DNA of 63,555 nt, filler included, from Octopus bimaculoides (Eukaryota): assembly GCF_001194135.2 (NCBI RefSeq). It is 8 parts of 7 records of this genome, joined end to end, with 100 filler letters (N's around TTAATTAATTAA, not from the genome) between each part and the next. Parts side by side here need not be neighbours in the genome. Positions count along the whole stretch, not along the records: positions 3,239 to 28,646 come from NC_068981.1; positions 28,747 to 43,851 come from NC_068993.1; 6 more parts are not named here. The stretch is one strand, 5' to 3'. The notes below the pieces were generated by a model that worked only from the letters and a program-made list of their open reading frames with translations, did not search any database and was not told the DNA's origin. The stretch's first letter is position 1; each line of letters begins with the position of its first letter. Below are positions 23,236 to 37,985 of the stretch, piece after piece. The translations under genes and the position numbers were made by a program.

Positions 23236-23867
23236 TTGCATTGTATATAATCAAAAAATAAAACAAAGCAAAACATGCATCAACTCTATCCACAAAAATA
23301 AAAAGAATGGGTAATATAGTTCATTATAGATGAATTTATTAATCTAGACTGTCAGTGCATGCACTGTTATGCAAATTAGACTAACCAGTCTAGATGAATC
23401 GTAGTTCGCTTACACTTTAAATAGCTATAAACCACAAGCTGTCAGTGGGGAGAAAACAAGAATTGTTCTTCTAATTGAGGTCTACTGACACTTGATAAAC
23501 AGTCATGTTGCTCCTAATATTTCTGTTCACAGGAGGCAAAGCCCTTGGGTGTAACACTTTTATTTACTTTCACAGTTTGATTAAATTGTTTTGTTTATTA
23601 AGAAAGGATATTTTACATTTCAGATGTTTGTTTGTTTCTATGTATGTATGTGCATTTATGTATGTATATATGTTCGTATGTATATATGTATAAATGCACA
23701 CATATATATATTTATATATACACATTCATGTATATATATATATATATGTACATCTACATATATATATATATCTATCTACACATATATATATATATATAAA
23801 TATATATTTATACAGATATATAGACATACATATATATACGTATGTATATGTATCTATGTACTTCTAG

Positions 23868-23919
<52 letters not shown>

Positions 23920-24781
23920 ACACATATATATGTATATATATACATTCATATACAGATAAACATGCACACACACATAAGCACATACAAAGAAGCATTCACA
24001 CACTCACACAAACACACACACACACACATATCCACTTACGTGTATTCATCCATAGATTCACGAATAGAGATGTATACACATACATTTATACATAAATACG
24101 CCCGTCTGCATGCACTCACGCACTCACGCACTTAGACACTCAGACACGCACGGACACACACACACGCGCGCACGCACACACACGTACACACACATAGTCA
24201 CACAAACACACATACTTGTGTCTATACAGTACTTTGTTTTTGCCTTCGCGATACAATCTTTATAAACGCAATAATATGTGTACACAGTTTATACAAGAGG
24301 AAAACTCTTATCTATTTGTTCCATCATTCCACCTTACCATTTATTTACACTTCAGCTCCTCATCTTAAGTAGCTATTTATCTTGGCAGTTTGTCTATCTA
24401 AAGTATTATGTTTTGATAAAGAAAAGTCAGTTTTGTTTAACAAACTGTAGTTATAGATTTTGTACCATTAGTCATTTTACACATTGCACTACAAAATATC
24501 TTCGATTTGTAATTTCAAACTTAGAAGTAAAAATCAAAGAGAATTTTAAAAAAATATGCATTTATTTATTTATTTTCATTGAAACGTATATTGTATGTAA
24601 AATAGATGAATGGCATTCAGAATTTCAGAATATAATTAGTTACTTATTTTAATATTCATAAATTCAAGAATGTGTACTTATGTATGTATGTATGCATATA
24701 TGCGTGTGAGCGTGTGTGTGTGTGTGTGTACATACATTTACATGTGTCTATTATATATATATATATATATACTCACACTTT

Positions 24782-24818
<37 letters not shown>

Positions 24819-24926
24819 CTGTGTGTGTGTGTCTGTGTGTGTGTGTGTGTGTAAAGAAAGGGTGAAAATGTGTGCGGAATGATAATTGTATGAAAAATAG
24901 TAACGTAGCAGACACATAAACGCATG

Positions 24927-24982
<56 letters not shown>

Positions 24983-25184
24983 TGCATGTGTGTATGCATG
25001 TGTGTGAGTGTATTTATGTACATGTATATATGCATGTATCCATACATAGATATATATATATATATATACGTATGGATACATGCATATAGATATATATATA
25101 GATATATATATAGATATATCTATCTATCTATCTATATATATATATACACACATGCATATATATGTAGCAGATACATATGTATAC

Positions 25185-25241
<57 letters not shown>

Positions 25242-25984
25242 TGCGTCTCTGTCTCCATATCTATCTATCTTTCTATATAACTATCACTCTCTAACACACA
25301 TACACACACACACGTTCATATTACATTATTTATGGTGATTTTTCAGCATATTGCATAACAAAGTTTATAACATTCACAGAAAATATTTGTGTACCAAGCG
25401 CAAACAAACGAATTTACAGAGTTGTATTTTTTTTCTCTCTTCTTGGAATGATGTTGCATAAAAATTACATTTTGTACCATAAATTTATAATATTCAGGCA
25501 GCCTAAAAAGAAAATAACTTTTGCTATAAATCATAAGTAGAAATAATCTTGTTAGCTGCCCGAAGTAAAATAGGAAGTGATTCGTTGAAATTCATTAAAA
25601 AAATAGTTCTTTAGATTCATGAAATATTCTATTTTAAAGTGTAAGCAATTTAAATAAAACTAACAAATTAAGCTGAAATATAAGTTGGTTTTAAATAAAT
25701 ACAGTCACATATTCTTTGTGTAATTCAATGTAAAATTGAAATCTAAATTGCTGATTCCAATAACTGTTGAAATAAATAGATTCTTTGAGTGTATATAGTT
25801 TCATTGTATACAACAAGAATAATGTTGATGTATAGAATAATAAACTGATCAGTCTTGCCGAGAAAAGTTCCAAGAACGGGAATGTAATTAAATGCCTCGT
25901 CAGCAGAAGAAACAAATTATGTTAAATAATGTATGACTGTCACTTAGATTCCACTATAAATGTGCGTTCAAATGGAATTAGACA

Positions 25985-26140
25985 ACTGTGAAGGTGCGTG
26001 GCCGAGTGGTAAAAACGTTATGCATACAATCTTGGACCAGGCGGTGTGTTGCTTTGTTGAGTAAAACACTTCATTTCACGTTGATTCAGTCCATTTAACT
26101 GTAAATATGTAATCCTGCATCGGACTGCTTTCCTTTTGCG
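25985..26140 (+). mobile_element. SINE family C, decayed
   Basis: GTGCGTGGCCGAGTGGTAA head; TTGAGTAAAACACTTCATTTCACGTTG..CAGTCCA core. Confidence 0.55.
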
Positions 26141-26829
26141 GATCAATGTTATGATATCGGTCATTTATAGACCATAAAAACTGGTTAACTAGCCATAGAA
26201 GTAGTAGATTGTACTTACATTTAATTAGATCACTGTAGAGAAAACCACTGTGTAGTTTCAGACAGATCGAAATCGGAGTTCAACCGTACAATATACACTA
26301 CTACGGGGTATTTGTTCTGTAGTAGAAATAGTCTTCACTGTTGCTTTTTGTTAATGCTGTTTTGAAGATTCTAGGCAATAATAAGATCATGGTTCATGTT
26401 TTCCTTTAACATGGTTCATGTTTTCTTTTAACAGCGCAAGTTGGTGGTCAAAGTAAAAACGAAGGAACATAGGTAGAGAGGGAATTATAGGACGCAAACG
26501 TTCTGGGTAGGAATAATTGGGAGAGAAGTTAGCGCGGAACCTCGAGGTAAGGATGGACAAAATAAAGCGTTCAAAGGAGTGAGGACGAGTGAGTAGAGAG
26601 AGTCTGAATAACTGTGGGTTCCTATTTGTTCCGAGTAATCTCAGTAATTGCAGTAAGATTTGAAAGGCAGATTGAGGAAATGATCACCAGTGGTAGGCTA
26701 ACAACTTTAAACCAATCTGTTGGGTGAGCAGCTTTTGGATGTAGTCTAGGATGTCTCTATGAAGGATAGCAGCACAATTCCACGTACTAAATTAAATTCT
26801 TTTAAATATAATTCTTAGTGAGAGAAGCA

Positions 26830-27550
26830 ATATTAATAACAAAAGGTAATATTAAAAGTGGTTGTTGTGTCAGAACACACAATACTGTAATAGCTACCAT
26901 GAGAGAAACTCTCATATGGGTTTTTGGTGGATATAAGCACTCTTGTTTACATCGCTAGCAGGCGGATAATTACTGGCCATTGCCACCGCTGTGACTACCA
27001 GATCACGAAATTTTGGACTTCCCTGGCCTTGTCAGTGGCAGACACTCGAACACTGGAGATAGCAGCGATATGTCTGCTAGCGAATCTCATTGAATCTCAG
27101 TGCCTAAACAGGTACCAAAGGCCGATATGAGAGTTTCTCTCGTGGTAACTATCGCAGTATCTTGTGTACTTATACAACGTTCATTTTTAAGTATGGATAG
27201 ATATCACCTTTTAATATTAATACTGCTTCTGTCGTTCATACTTATTTTCTATAAGCCCACTAGCTGTTCGCGTCAGCAGTGTATGTTCTGGAACTGTAAT
27301 TCCAGATATCGCTTTCTCCAGAGTCCGAGCATCTACCATTTACCAGGCTTGGAAAGGCCGAAATTACGTGATCTGGTAGTCTCGGCGTTGGGGATGGCGG
27401 CTGACTTATCTCCCCGCTAGCGTTGTATACAAGAGCGCTTATATACAGCCAAAGCCTATATGAAAGTTTCTCTCATAGTACCTGTCGCAGTATCTGGTGT
27501 TCTAACACTACATTCACTTCTAAGTGGGGAAAATATTATCTTTTAAATAT
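26830..27550. mobile_element. Fold-back element with ~250-bp inverted arms and an internal third partial arm
   Basis: 26830-27075 is an imperfect reverse complement of 27305-27550. The terminal ~100-bp unit (ATATGAGAGTTTCTCTC.TGGTA) occurs again at 27117-27230. Confidence 0.65.
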
Positions 27551-28851
27551 GATTTTAATTTAGCACATAAAGCTAACGAGCATGTCATTGCTCCTATATC
27601 ATCTCGTTATTAGAATCTTATACATATTCTGCATGTAGGAAGGTCGTAGCTTTATACAAATAGAAAGCTACTATAACGGATCTCCAGTAGATATAGCAAA
27701 TACTCTACTCTTTCCTCTAAACTTAGCAACTAAACGGTGAGATGATAAGGCAGATGAATAAAAATATAGACACTTTACAAAGGGATACATATCTACTCAG
27801 TGGTATGTGACTTATCAAAGCATTAATTTAACGTACTGAAGTTTCTCTTGGAAGCAGCAGAAATATAAAGAACATCGGACTAACCGAAAGCACTTAAACA
27901 TAGATATACTCGGTTTTCTGCTCCTGTCGGTTTCCATAAATCTTCATTGTCACAATATGATGGTCACAATATGTCTAGGTCTAGAGTATGACAGGTGAAA
28001 ATATTCATTATTTCAAAAGAAGACGGCCAGCTTTTGAAATTGTGTCTACATAAACAAATAGGTTTTTGCTTATTGAGAAGTACAAGATTTTAATGCATAT
28101 ATTTAATATATTGAACAGAAAATATGAATTGATTTTGACTTGCCAAAATCAGTTTTCTGTTTAAAATTTTCATTTTACCCACTGGGTCTGAAAAATGAGA
28201 TTTTTCAACGGTTACATGGTTTAATGGTTTCCAATCCAAATTTGCGCATTTTTACACGCTTTTTTAATATATCGTTATTTTAACTACGAATAAAATCTCT
28301 TACACCGCCATTGCTTTATATTAAACGATGAACTTCTCTGCAAATATTTAAAAAATATTTTTCTATTATAACATATATCTACAGATATTGTTTTTGCATC
28401 CATGCACAGAATTGCTCAATATAGAAATAATATTCAGAACACGATTCTAAAATGCGTTTCTCTTACTATTAAGTCATGATGCTTCACAGTCAAAAACAGA
28501 AACCTCATGTAATAATGCATGGAAAAATTAATCTCAGAAAAAATAAAATAAATAACAACCGCTACTTCATGCAGTGAATAACTTTCCTTTTCATTTTATA
28601 AATTCACACCCACCCACACATACATATACAATACTGTATGTGTATANNNNNNNNNNNNNNNNNNNNNNNNNNNNNNNNNNNNNNNNNNNNTTAATTAATT
28701 AANNNNNNNNNNNNNNNNNNNNNNNNNNNNNNNNNNNNNNNNNNNNATATATATGTACATACATATATATATATATCCATATATACACACATGTACAGAG
28801 GGAGAGAGAAAGATATTGATATAAATATAGATATATGTAGATATATATACA

Positions 28852-29375
28852 CAGGGTGATGCAAAAGTATGAACCCATAAGTAATTTATTATATAACAAT
28901 TTACGGTTCACAATAAATGTTCGAACTGATTTCACAATAAATGTTCGAACTGATTTCCACCTGCTACCGTGCAAACGTTTGGATCCATAAGCAATATATT
29001 ATATAACAATTTACGGTTGACAATAAGTTCTCAAACTGATTTCCACCTTCTTCCATACACTTTCTCACTCGGGAGACGCATGATTTTTCCACATTTCTCA
29101 GCATAGAGTTTTTCCTTCTTATGGCTTCAATTTCTTCTGTGATGTTATATTTTATTGCTTGTAATGTTCTTGGTCTGTTAGCATAAACCACTGATTTTTA
29201 AGATGTCCCCATAATAAAAAAAATCTAAACTACTCAAATCCGGATATCTTGGTGGTCATTCAACCGGTCCTTGACGTCCAGTTCATTTTCTTCAAAATGT
29301 ATTGACTAAAAAAACTGCGCACATCTTTCGTATAATGTGGCGGAGCCACATCCTGTTGACTTTTACACCACCCTG
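28852..29375 (-). mobile_element. Non-autonomous Tc1/mariner-superfamily element
   Basis: TIRs CAGGGTGATGCAAAAGT and ACTTTTACACCACCCTG(TA). The minus strand retains only the transposase C-terminus (QQDVAPPHY...VVYANRPRTLQAIK...EGGNQFENLL). Confidence 0.75.
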
Positions 29376-30171
29376 TATATATATTTATATTTGTGTGTCC
29401 TTGATTATTTTTATTCTATCCATTTGCTTTTCTCATTTTTCGCTCACTTTATCAGTCTATTTCTCCCTTCCCATCCTCTCTTTCTTATCTCTTTCTTTCT
29501 TCTCTCGCTCTCTCTCATTTTCATATACTCTGTGTCTCCTACTCGCTTTTTTTTTTTTTTTTTCTGTCTCCGAACTGAAGTCTTTTAATCCATCTGCCCT
29601 CTACGCTATTTTTCTCTTTCCCCCTTGTTTTTCGTGTCTTATTCAGTAACACAACAATTTAGTTACCACCAGGTAACTAAATAACTAAACACTTTACAAC
29701 AGTGGTGTTTCCTCTTCAAAGAGATTTTCATTCAATTGTGGATATTACAAAGATGAGATAAAGATCAAAGTATTATAGAAAAATCCTTCGTGCTTGTGTT
29801 TTAGGAAGAATGTATGCACGAATGTGTTTTCGTAAGGTTGAGTGTGCCTCTCTGTCTTCATATATATATATATATACATACATATNNNNNNNNNNNNNNN
29901 NNNNNNNNNNNNNNNNNNNNNNNNNNNNNNNNNNNNNNNNNNNNNNNNNNNNNNNNNNNNNNNNNNNNNNNNNNNNNNNNNNNNNNNNNNNNNNNNNNNN
30001 NNNNNNNNNNNNNNNNNNNNNNNNNNNNNNNNNNNNNNNNNNNNNNNNNNNNNNNNNNNNNNNNNNNNNNNNNNNNNNNNNNNNNNNNNNNNNNNNNNNN
30101 NNNNNNNNNNNNNNNNNNNNNNNNNNNNNNNNNNNNNNNNNTATGTATATATGAATATATTTATCTATCTC

Positions 30172-30208
<37 letters not shown>

Positions 30209-30209
30209 T

Positions 30210-30273
<64 letters not shown>

Positions 30274-30757
30274 AATATATATCTTCGGGATGTATTCGTG
30301 TGCTTTTGTGATGTTTGCTTGTGTGCCTGTGAGTATGTGTGTTTATGTATGACTGTGAAAAAATATTTTTGTGTTGTATAACTTTGGTGTGTGTCAGATA
30401 ATGTGCAATTATGTCCCAGTTTTGCGTTTCCTGCCTGACTTTCAGTGTGCTTTTGAATACTGGTAAAAGTTTCACGCACAAAATTACGTACATACACATA
30501 CACACAAACACGAAAAACGCATATTTATGTATCCACACATAGATAAATAAACAAATAACATACATAAATACAAGATACAAATATATATTTACATATATGA
30601 ATTATGTGCTTGTGTTTGTGTATGTTCGTGGATGTGTGTGTGTGGCTTTGTGTGCGTCAGTATTTTCATACTTGTGAGCATATCTGTGTGTAAGTTCGAC
30701 TTCGTGTATATGCAGCCATGCACGGGCGCATATATACGTTTGTATGAATATTTGAGA

Positions 30758-30829
<72 letters not shown>

Positions 30830-31970
30830 TTATCTATGTATCTATGTATATACATACTTAAGTATATATATGTATATGTATACATGTATACATATATATA
30901 TATATATATATNNNNNNNNNNNNNNNNNNNNNNNNNNNNNNNNNNNNNNNNNNNNNNNNNNNNNNNNNNNNNNNNNNNNNNNNNNNNNNNNNNNNNNNNN
31001 NNNNNNNNNNNNNNNNNNNNNNNNNNNNNNNNNNNNNNNNNNNNNNNNNNNNNNNNNNNNNNNNNNNNNNNNNNNNNNNNNNNNNNNNNNNNNNNNNNNN
31101 NNNNNNNNNNNNNNNNNNNNNNNNNNNNNNNNNNNNNNNNNNNNNNNNNNNNNNNNNNNNNNNNNNNNNNNNNNNNNNNNNNNNNNNNNNNNNNNNNNNN
31201 NNNNNNNNNNNNNNNNNNNNNNNNNNNNNNNNNNNNNNNNNNNNNNNNNNNNNNNNNNNNNNNNNNNNNNNNNNNNNNNNNNNNNNNNNNNNNNNNNNNN
31301 NNNNNNNNNNNNNNNNNNNNNNNNNNNNNNNNNNNNNNNNNNNNNNNNNNNNNCCACTGAATTCGTTCATTATTAACTAATAAATAATTTTTAGAGTAAT
31401 TAATCAAGGGATGTAGATAGAAAGAGCAAGTGGAAATGCAAGTTATACTCGTGTATTTTCTGTTAAACATTGGATCAGAGAATAATTTTATACCAATTTC
31501 CTTATAACTTGAGAAATATCAAACATCAAACAAAAGGTTCATTTCAGACCCCTAAATAACAAACAAATGTAAATAACAACATCAGAACAGTGGATAAAAA
31601 TGGTCTTTTGAAAATATAATTACACTAATGCTTTCCAAGATAAAACATTCTTTACTCCAAAGCGTAATTCTGCATACATACATATGTATACTGAGAGTTT
31701 CCGGCTATCAAATGCAGTTACAAGTCTTTGGTCGGCACGGTGCTATAGTAAAATACACTTGCCGAAGTTGCCACGCAGAGTGATTGAAACCTGAAGTATG
31801 TGGTTGGGAAACAATCTACTTAACACACAGCCTGGGCATAATGGAATGAAATTTTTGGCATAAGGTTACCTATTTTACGGGGAGGGCGTGACGATTTCAT
31901 TGACTCAGCAAGCTTCTTACAATAGAAACACGTCTGCGCCTATTGTATACACGCACACACACACATACAC

Positions 31971-32014
<44 letters not shown>

Positions 32015-33699
32015 TTTCTTTGTCTATCTCTCTCCTTTATCGATTATGTCCATCACATTCTACCACTCACAAACTCATAATCCGTGCAATTTCTCAACCG
32101 CATATTTTTCCCTTATCTCTTCGCCCCTCATTTCTACCCAAGGACCTTTTAAACCTTTAGATTCAAGTCCCGGGATACATACACATAAATACTACACACA
32201 TACAAATATATCCACATATGTACACGCACAAAACATACACTATGTCACACCACAAATATACGCGTTCGGGTTCTTATATAATACAAAATTTCTGTTATTC
32301 TGTTACACGTTATAATCGAAAAATGACCGTGCGCAAGTTTATAGCGCCTTAATATAGTTATTAAGCATTTTCCTATTTCCTTGTTAGCCTTTTACATTTA
32401 GTTTGGAATAATAATGTGTTTAGAACAATGTATGCCTGTACGGCCATATACGGCATATCGTCCTGATGAACTGGTTTCATTGTTATATACGTTACATGTA
32501 TATAACAATACGTTACATGTTATATACGTTACATGACATTTTAAATATATATTCATCAACACTATAGACACAGTAACTTCATGTGTTTACTAGTCACTGA
32601 TTCCAGTTATATCCGCATAAATATATTCATTTCTTTCTAAATTTGTATTCCAACTGTAACAAAAAACTAATTAACTACTTATTAACAAACTAATTAACTA
32701 ATTTATCTATTTATAAATTTGAACATCAAAACCTGTAAAGACAATCGCAGCGCCAGCTTCGCTACAGCTGACATTATACATATATGCTAACATACACATA
32801 TGTGTTAGTGTCTGGTTATGTGAGCGTGTATATGTACATGCATGCGTGTGTGTGCGTGTGCGGAGCGTGTATGTGCGCGCGTATGCGTGTGTGTGAAAAC
32901 AGAAAGAAGTTAAAAGGAAATTTGAATATAAAATTACAAAATTTGTTTAATGCTTTTTTCCTACCGTTTGTTGGTTTGTAATTGCTGATACGTTAGTATT
33001 TTCTTTGTGAATTCTTCCTATTAAACGTAATTTTCTACAGAACTGAGGGTTATTGTCCTGTATTTCATTGAAGTTTGTATATTGTGAAATGTCTGTGATT
33101 CTGAATTTCTGAGAAGATTGGAATTTGTCGTGTTGAAAGATTTTTTATATAAGAGATCGATTATCTTCGGTTTATAATATTTTGATTTGACCCTCCTGGT
33201 ATTGACAGAATGTGAGAGAAAAGTGATCTTATCAAGCTCTCAATTTGTTGGTGCTTTTGTTTCCGTTCATAATTTTTCTGTTCCTAACTAATTCACAATA
33301 GTAATAGTGTTCCTTCTTAGATTCAGATATCCTGCGGCTGCCTCTGTCTAGAATTGTTCTTTTGTGTGTGTCAGGGTCCCCTAATCGGCAACTTTTTTGG
33401 GTTTTTATGAAGGAACGCTTAAGATTCATCTACATTGTCTAAAAATCTTTAAAAATATTAGGATTATTTTATTCGTCGTTATAAATTTGATAATTTTTAT
33501 GTCTTTTTTATCGTTTGTGTATTAGGTTTGTAGAAATTCACGTTTCTTTGGAAATGGGTTATCAGCATATATATATNNNNNNNNNNNNNNNNNNNNNNNN
33601 NNNNNNNNNNNNNNNNNNNNNNNNNNNNNNNNNNNNNNNNNNNNNNNNNNNNNNNNNNNNNNNNNNNNNNNNNNNNNNNNNNNNNNNNNNNNNNNNNNN

Positions 33700-33731
<32 letters not shown>

Positions 33732-34204
33732 TAGACAGATAGATAGATAGATAGATAGATATTTCTTACCATTGCCATATTATCCACAAAATCACAGAGC
33801 TGATTGCCAAAATGTGTGGTTATCTTCATCAGCTTGATTGGTGCAAGCGTTCGTGAAACTTTTATTTTTTGCCACGAAATATAATGTTAGGAATGACAAC
33901 TAAGCAGTTCAAATGAAGCCTGCTCTGAAAAACTGAGTCAGTGTTCATAAGCAACAAATACATCCTACCATGAGATTACACTAAGAGAGCATTTACAATT
34001 GCAATAAAATATAACTAACATTTGTAATTTATCCAATTTAGCTTCCGTCCGAAAACGCAACACATAGAATAGTGGCAAATAAAAAAAAAGATAGGCCACA
34101 CCATAATCTGGGGAGTTACGGTGGCCCTATTATAACATAAATATGATTAATAAGTGTTAGATATTATCAAATATTCACCTTTATTTCAAAACTTTGCTTA
34201 CAAA

Positions 34205-34420
34205 TATTCTTTTCTACTCTACGCACAAGGCCCGAAATTCTGGGGGAGGGGGCCAGTCGATTAGAACGACACCAGTACGTAACTGGTACTTAATTTATCG
34301 ACCTTGAAAGGATGAAAGGCCAAGTCGAACTCGGCGGAATTTGAACTCAGAATGTAAAGACAGACGAAATACCGTTAAGCATTTGGCCCGGCGTTCTAAC
34401 GTTTCTGCCAGCTCGCCGCT
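34205..34420 (-). mobile_element. SINE family A, full length
   Basis: Reverse complement has head GGCGAGCTGGCAGAAACGTTAG, B box GAGTTCAAATTCC and core CCTTTCATCCTTTCAAGGTCGATAAATTAAGTACC. Confidence 0.85.
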
Positions 34421-35160
34421 TACTTTGCTTACAAATATTAAAACATTTTTTGCGGAAATTACTTTTTGAAAGTACACTTAATTGATAAATAAACTCGACT
34501 ACTGATACACCGTCGTCTGCTTTACATCCCAGTGATGTCGACTGGATAGGTCACACCCTTGATTTTTACTCGAAATGTTTGTTAGAATAAAATAGTTCCA
34601 CCTGTTCCCGAGTGTATACGGTAAACTATTTTTCTATTGTTAGCTATTCTGGAAAATTGCTGATCATAATGTCACATGACACAATCTCACGACTATAAAT
34701 GCAATACACGCGTAATTGGTTCGTCTTTAGGCACTCGTAACAAGGGCTATTTTATTCCCAGTTATCGTATATGATGTTCATAAACTTTTGAGTAGCTACA
34801 GACGAAAAGGTATGAAGACCACTCTTGCTTTCCTGGTTTTACAAAGAAACCATGATATTTCTAATAAGTCCGATATTTAACCCCAAAACATATAAAATCA
34901 GTTTTATATGTTTTATACATATAGTCTTATACATATAGCCTTTAGAATAAAACCAAACATACTGCCTTACGTTATGAATTATTATATTTCAATAAAATAG
35001 TATCCTGTAGGACGACCAACTATAAAAACACGCATACACACATATGCCAGGAACAGTGTGAGAATATTAGGGGTCATAGGGGGGGGGAGCAAGAGAGATA
35101 ACAAACGATAGCTAGCGAGCCAAACAGAAATAGATACAGCGATATAGATAGATAGATAGC

Positions 35161-35226
<66 letters not shown>

Positions 35227-35488
35227 TTTACATATTTGTTCAACTATATATGAGCACGGTGGTGTGTGTGCATGTATGTACGAGTCTATAATAATAGGTA
35301 TCCATGTATGTATGCATGCATCCATGAATGTACGTGTGTGTATAGAGATATATCTGTCTGTTTAAGCGTGAGGTGTATGGGTTCTCAATTTTTTTCTGTT
35401 TTATTATTCCATATACAACTGTAAACACGTGTGATCACTCTCACACACACACACTCTCTCTCTCCACATATGTGTATGTATATGTGTT

Positions 35489-35540
<52 letters not shown>

Positions 35541-36503
35541 CATATATGTGTGTGTATGTGTGCGTGTGTGCATGTATATATGCATATATTCATATATACA
35601 AAAATATGCATGCATGTACGTTTGTATATGTATATGCTTGTATATATGTGTATATATGGGCGAGTGTTTGTGCGTGTGTGTGCGTCTGTGTGCGTCTGTG
35701 GGGTGTGTGCTTGCCTATGTATATGCGTATGACTGTGTGTATGTGGATGTATTCGTACACGTATATATCTCTGTGAGTATCTGTTTTTGTGTAGTTGCGC
35801 ATGTGCTTGTATACAGATGGTTGTACGTTTCTTGCACGCTCATGTATACGTTCTCAGCTCTATCTATCTGTTAGTCTGTCGTTCAGTCTGCCTGTCTTTC
35901 AAATTTGTATGCCTGTTTGCTGTGTGTAAGAGCTTGTGTAGTACAGCTTCGGCTCTGCATTTATTGGACACGCATTTAAACATGTCAGTTGTGCAAAAGA
36001 CTCTTTCCTCTCATCCACAAAGATCAAAGTAGATCTGAAAGGAAACCATCAGATGAGCGGTGTTTGTTCAATTGATCTATCAAATCAATAATTTCCTTCA
36101 TACTAGAAAGAAGGAAGCTGTGTTGCTAATGGCAACACGTTTCCACTGTGTCGATCTTTGCTCAGACAATGAAATATTTCCTGCTACCACTCCACCCTGC
36201 TCTCACACTATCGTTCCCCTAAATTAATAAATAAAATTATCATTCTCTTTCTGAGAAACGTTGAGGAAACAAAATTTCCCCACAAATAAAACAGATTTAA
36301 CGTGTGAGTACGTGCGAAAACTAAGAGCTCCAGTTTGATGTGGTTTTAGAAATTTAAATACATTCACACACGTACACGCAATACAATTTCACGACTTCAG
36401 GTTTGCATATATGTACATATATGTATATTAATGTATGTGTGTGCGTGTGTATGTTTGTGTGTGACCATGTGTATGTGTGTGCGCATGTGTATGTGTGTAT
36501 ATA

Positions 36504-36570
<67 letters not shown>

Positions 36571-37173
36571 CATGTATACATACATGTATGTTTGTACATG
36601 TATATATGATTAAACATATATATACATACACACACNNNNNNNNNNNNNNNNNNNNNNNNNNNNNNNNNNNNNNNNNNNNNNNNNNNNNNNNNNNNNNNNN
36701 NNNNNNNNNNNNNNNNNNNNNNNNNNNNNNNNNNNNNNNNNNNNNNNNNNNNNNNNNNNNNNNNNNNNNNNNNNNNNNNNNNNNNNNNNNNNNNNNNNNN
36801 NNNNNNNNGTTATATCAGGATATATATATATCCTGATATAACTGTGAGGCGGGATATCTCCAATGCATGTAATGCGTTCGTAGTTTTTTGCTGAAAAACA
36901 AAAATAAACAAAAATATGTTCACAAATTTAGACACGATCACCTACGCACATACACGTACACGTGCACACACATATTCACACACTTCCATCTTTTTTTTCT
37001 TTTCTGTATTTTTCTTATCCATCTCAACATTTGTTTGCCTCTGTTTTTATTATCGTGCTGACGTGCTGAACACTTTGTCTTCCAATTTCTCCTCCATTTG
37101 GCTTCGGTTCTGTGCTTCAACACGAAGCTGCGATGTTAAGTCATATTCACTTCACATTATATATGTGTTTAGC

Positions 37174-37219
<46 letters not shown>

Positions 37220-37699
37220 TGTCTGTATGTACATACGTCTGTTTACGTGTGCATGTGCGCGCGCGTCTGTATCCTCACTGTTTACATCTTACTTTTCCGT
37301 TAGTTTTCATATTTCATCATCGTCCAGTGCCTATTTTCATTCTGATCTTGGCTCCTCATCGATGTTTTGTAATTTTGTAATATGTAGTTCTCTGTGATTG
37401 GACAGCATTCATTTCATTAGCAGATCTTGGTTGAATGTTGATAATCAATGTGAGTAACCAACGTCCAACGCTACAATGTCGTTGACATATTTGGTGTTGA
37501 GGCAAAGACACAACTATACAGTGAACTCTCAAAATCTCCCATCTTAACATCTCTAATGTAGTGGGAACATTGATAAACTATCTACTACTTCCTTACGTTG
37601 AATATTTGCAAGTTCTGAAGGACTCGTACAGAGACAGACTCTTTGAAAAACACAAATGCTTAATTGCGTTTGAGAAAATTTACTGATTGTATGAAGCCA

Positions 37700-37775
37700 T
37701 CGCTCTTGCACCTGCACTTCACTCTTGCACATCGCTCTTGCACATCGCTCTTTCACATCGCTCTTGCACTTCGCA
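37700..37775. repeat. 13-bp minisatellite (GCACATCGCTCTT)n, ~4-5 copies
   Basis: Direct. Confidence 0.7.
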
Positions 37776-37789
37776 GCAGCACACGTCAG

Positions 37790-37985
37790 AATCGTTATTA
37801 GGATGGACGAACTGCCAAGCGGTATTTCGCCCGTCGCTACTTTCTGACCTCAAATTCCGCCGAGATCAACTTTGCCTTTCATCCTTTTGCGGTTGATAAA
37901 TTAAGTAGCAGTAGCGTACTGGGGTCGATCTAATCGACTGGCCCCCTCCTCCAATGTCCAGGCCTTCTGCCTATTGTAGAAAGGA
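37790..37985 (+). mobile_element. SINE family A
   Basis: CAGAATCGTTA head; TTTGCCTTTCATCCTTTTGCGGTTGATAAATTAAGTA core. Confidence 0.75.

Noticed and set aside
26400-26770. Possible CR1/L2 remnant on minus strand
   Set aside because: Only faint fragments; not supportable by eye.
33232-33429. 65-aa minus-strand ORF
   Set aside because: No motif or splice support; within chance length.
35980-36200. TCF/Sox motif cluster (AGATCAAAG, ACAAAG, ACAATG); AGATCAAAG also near 29762 and 39944
   Set aside because: Short AT-rich motifs at a frequency not clearly above chance without conservation data.
36809-36842. Perfect 34-bp palindrome
   Set aside because: Centred on (TA)n at a contig edge; typical assembler strand-flip artefact.
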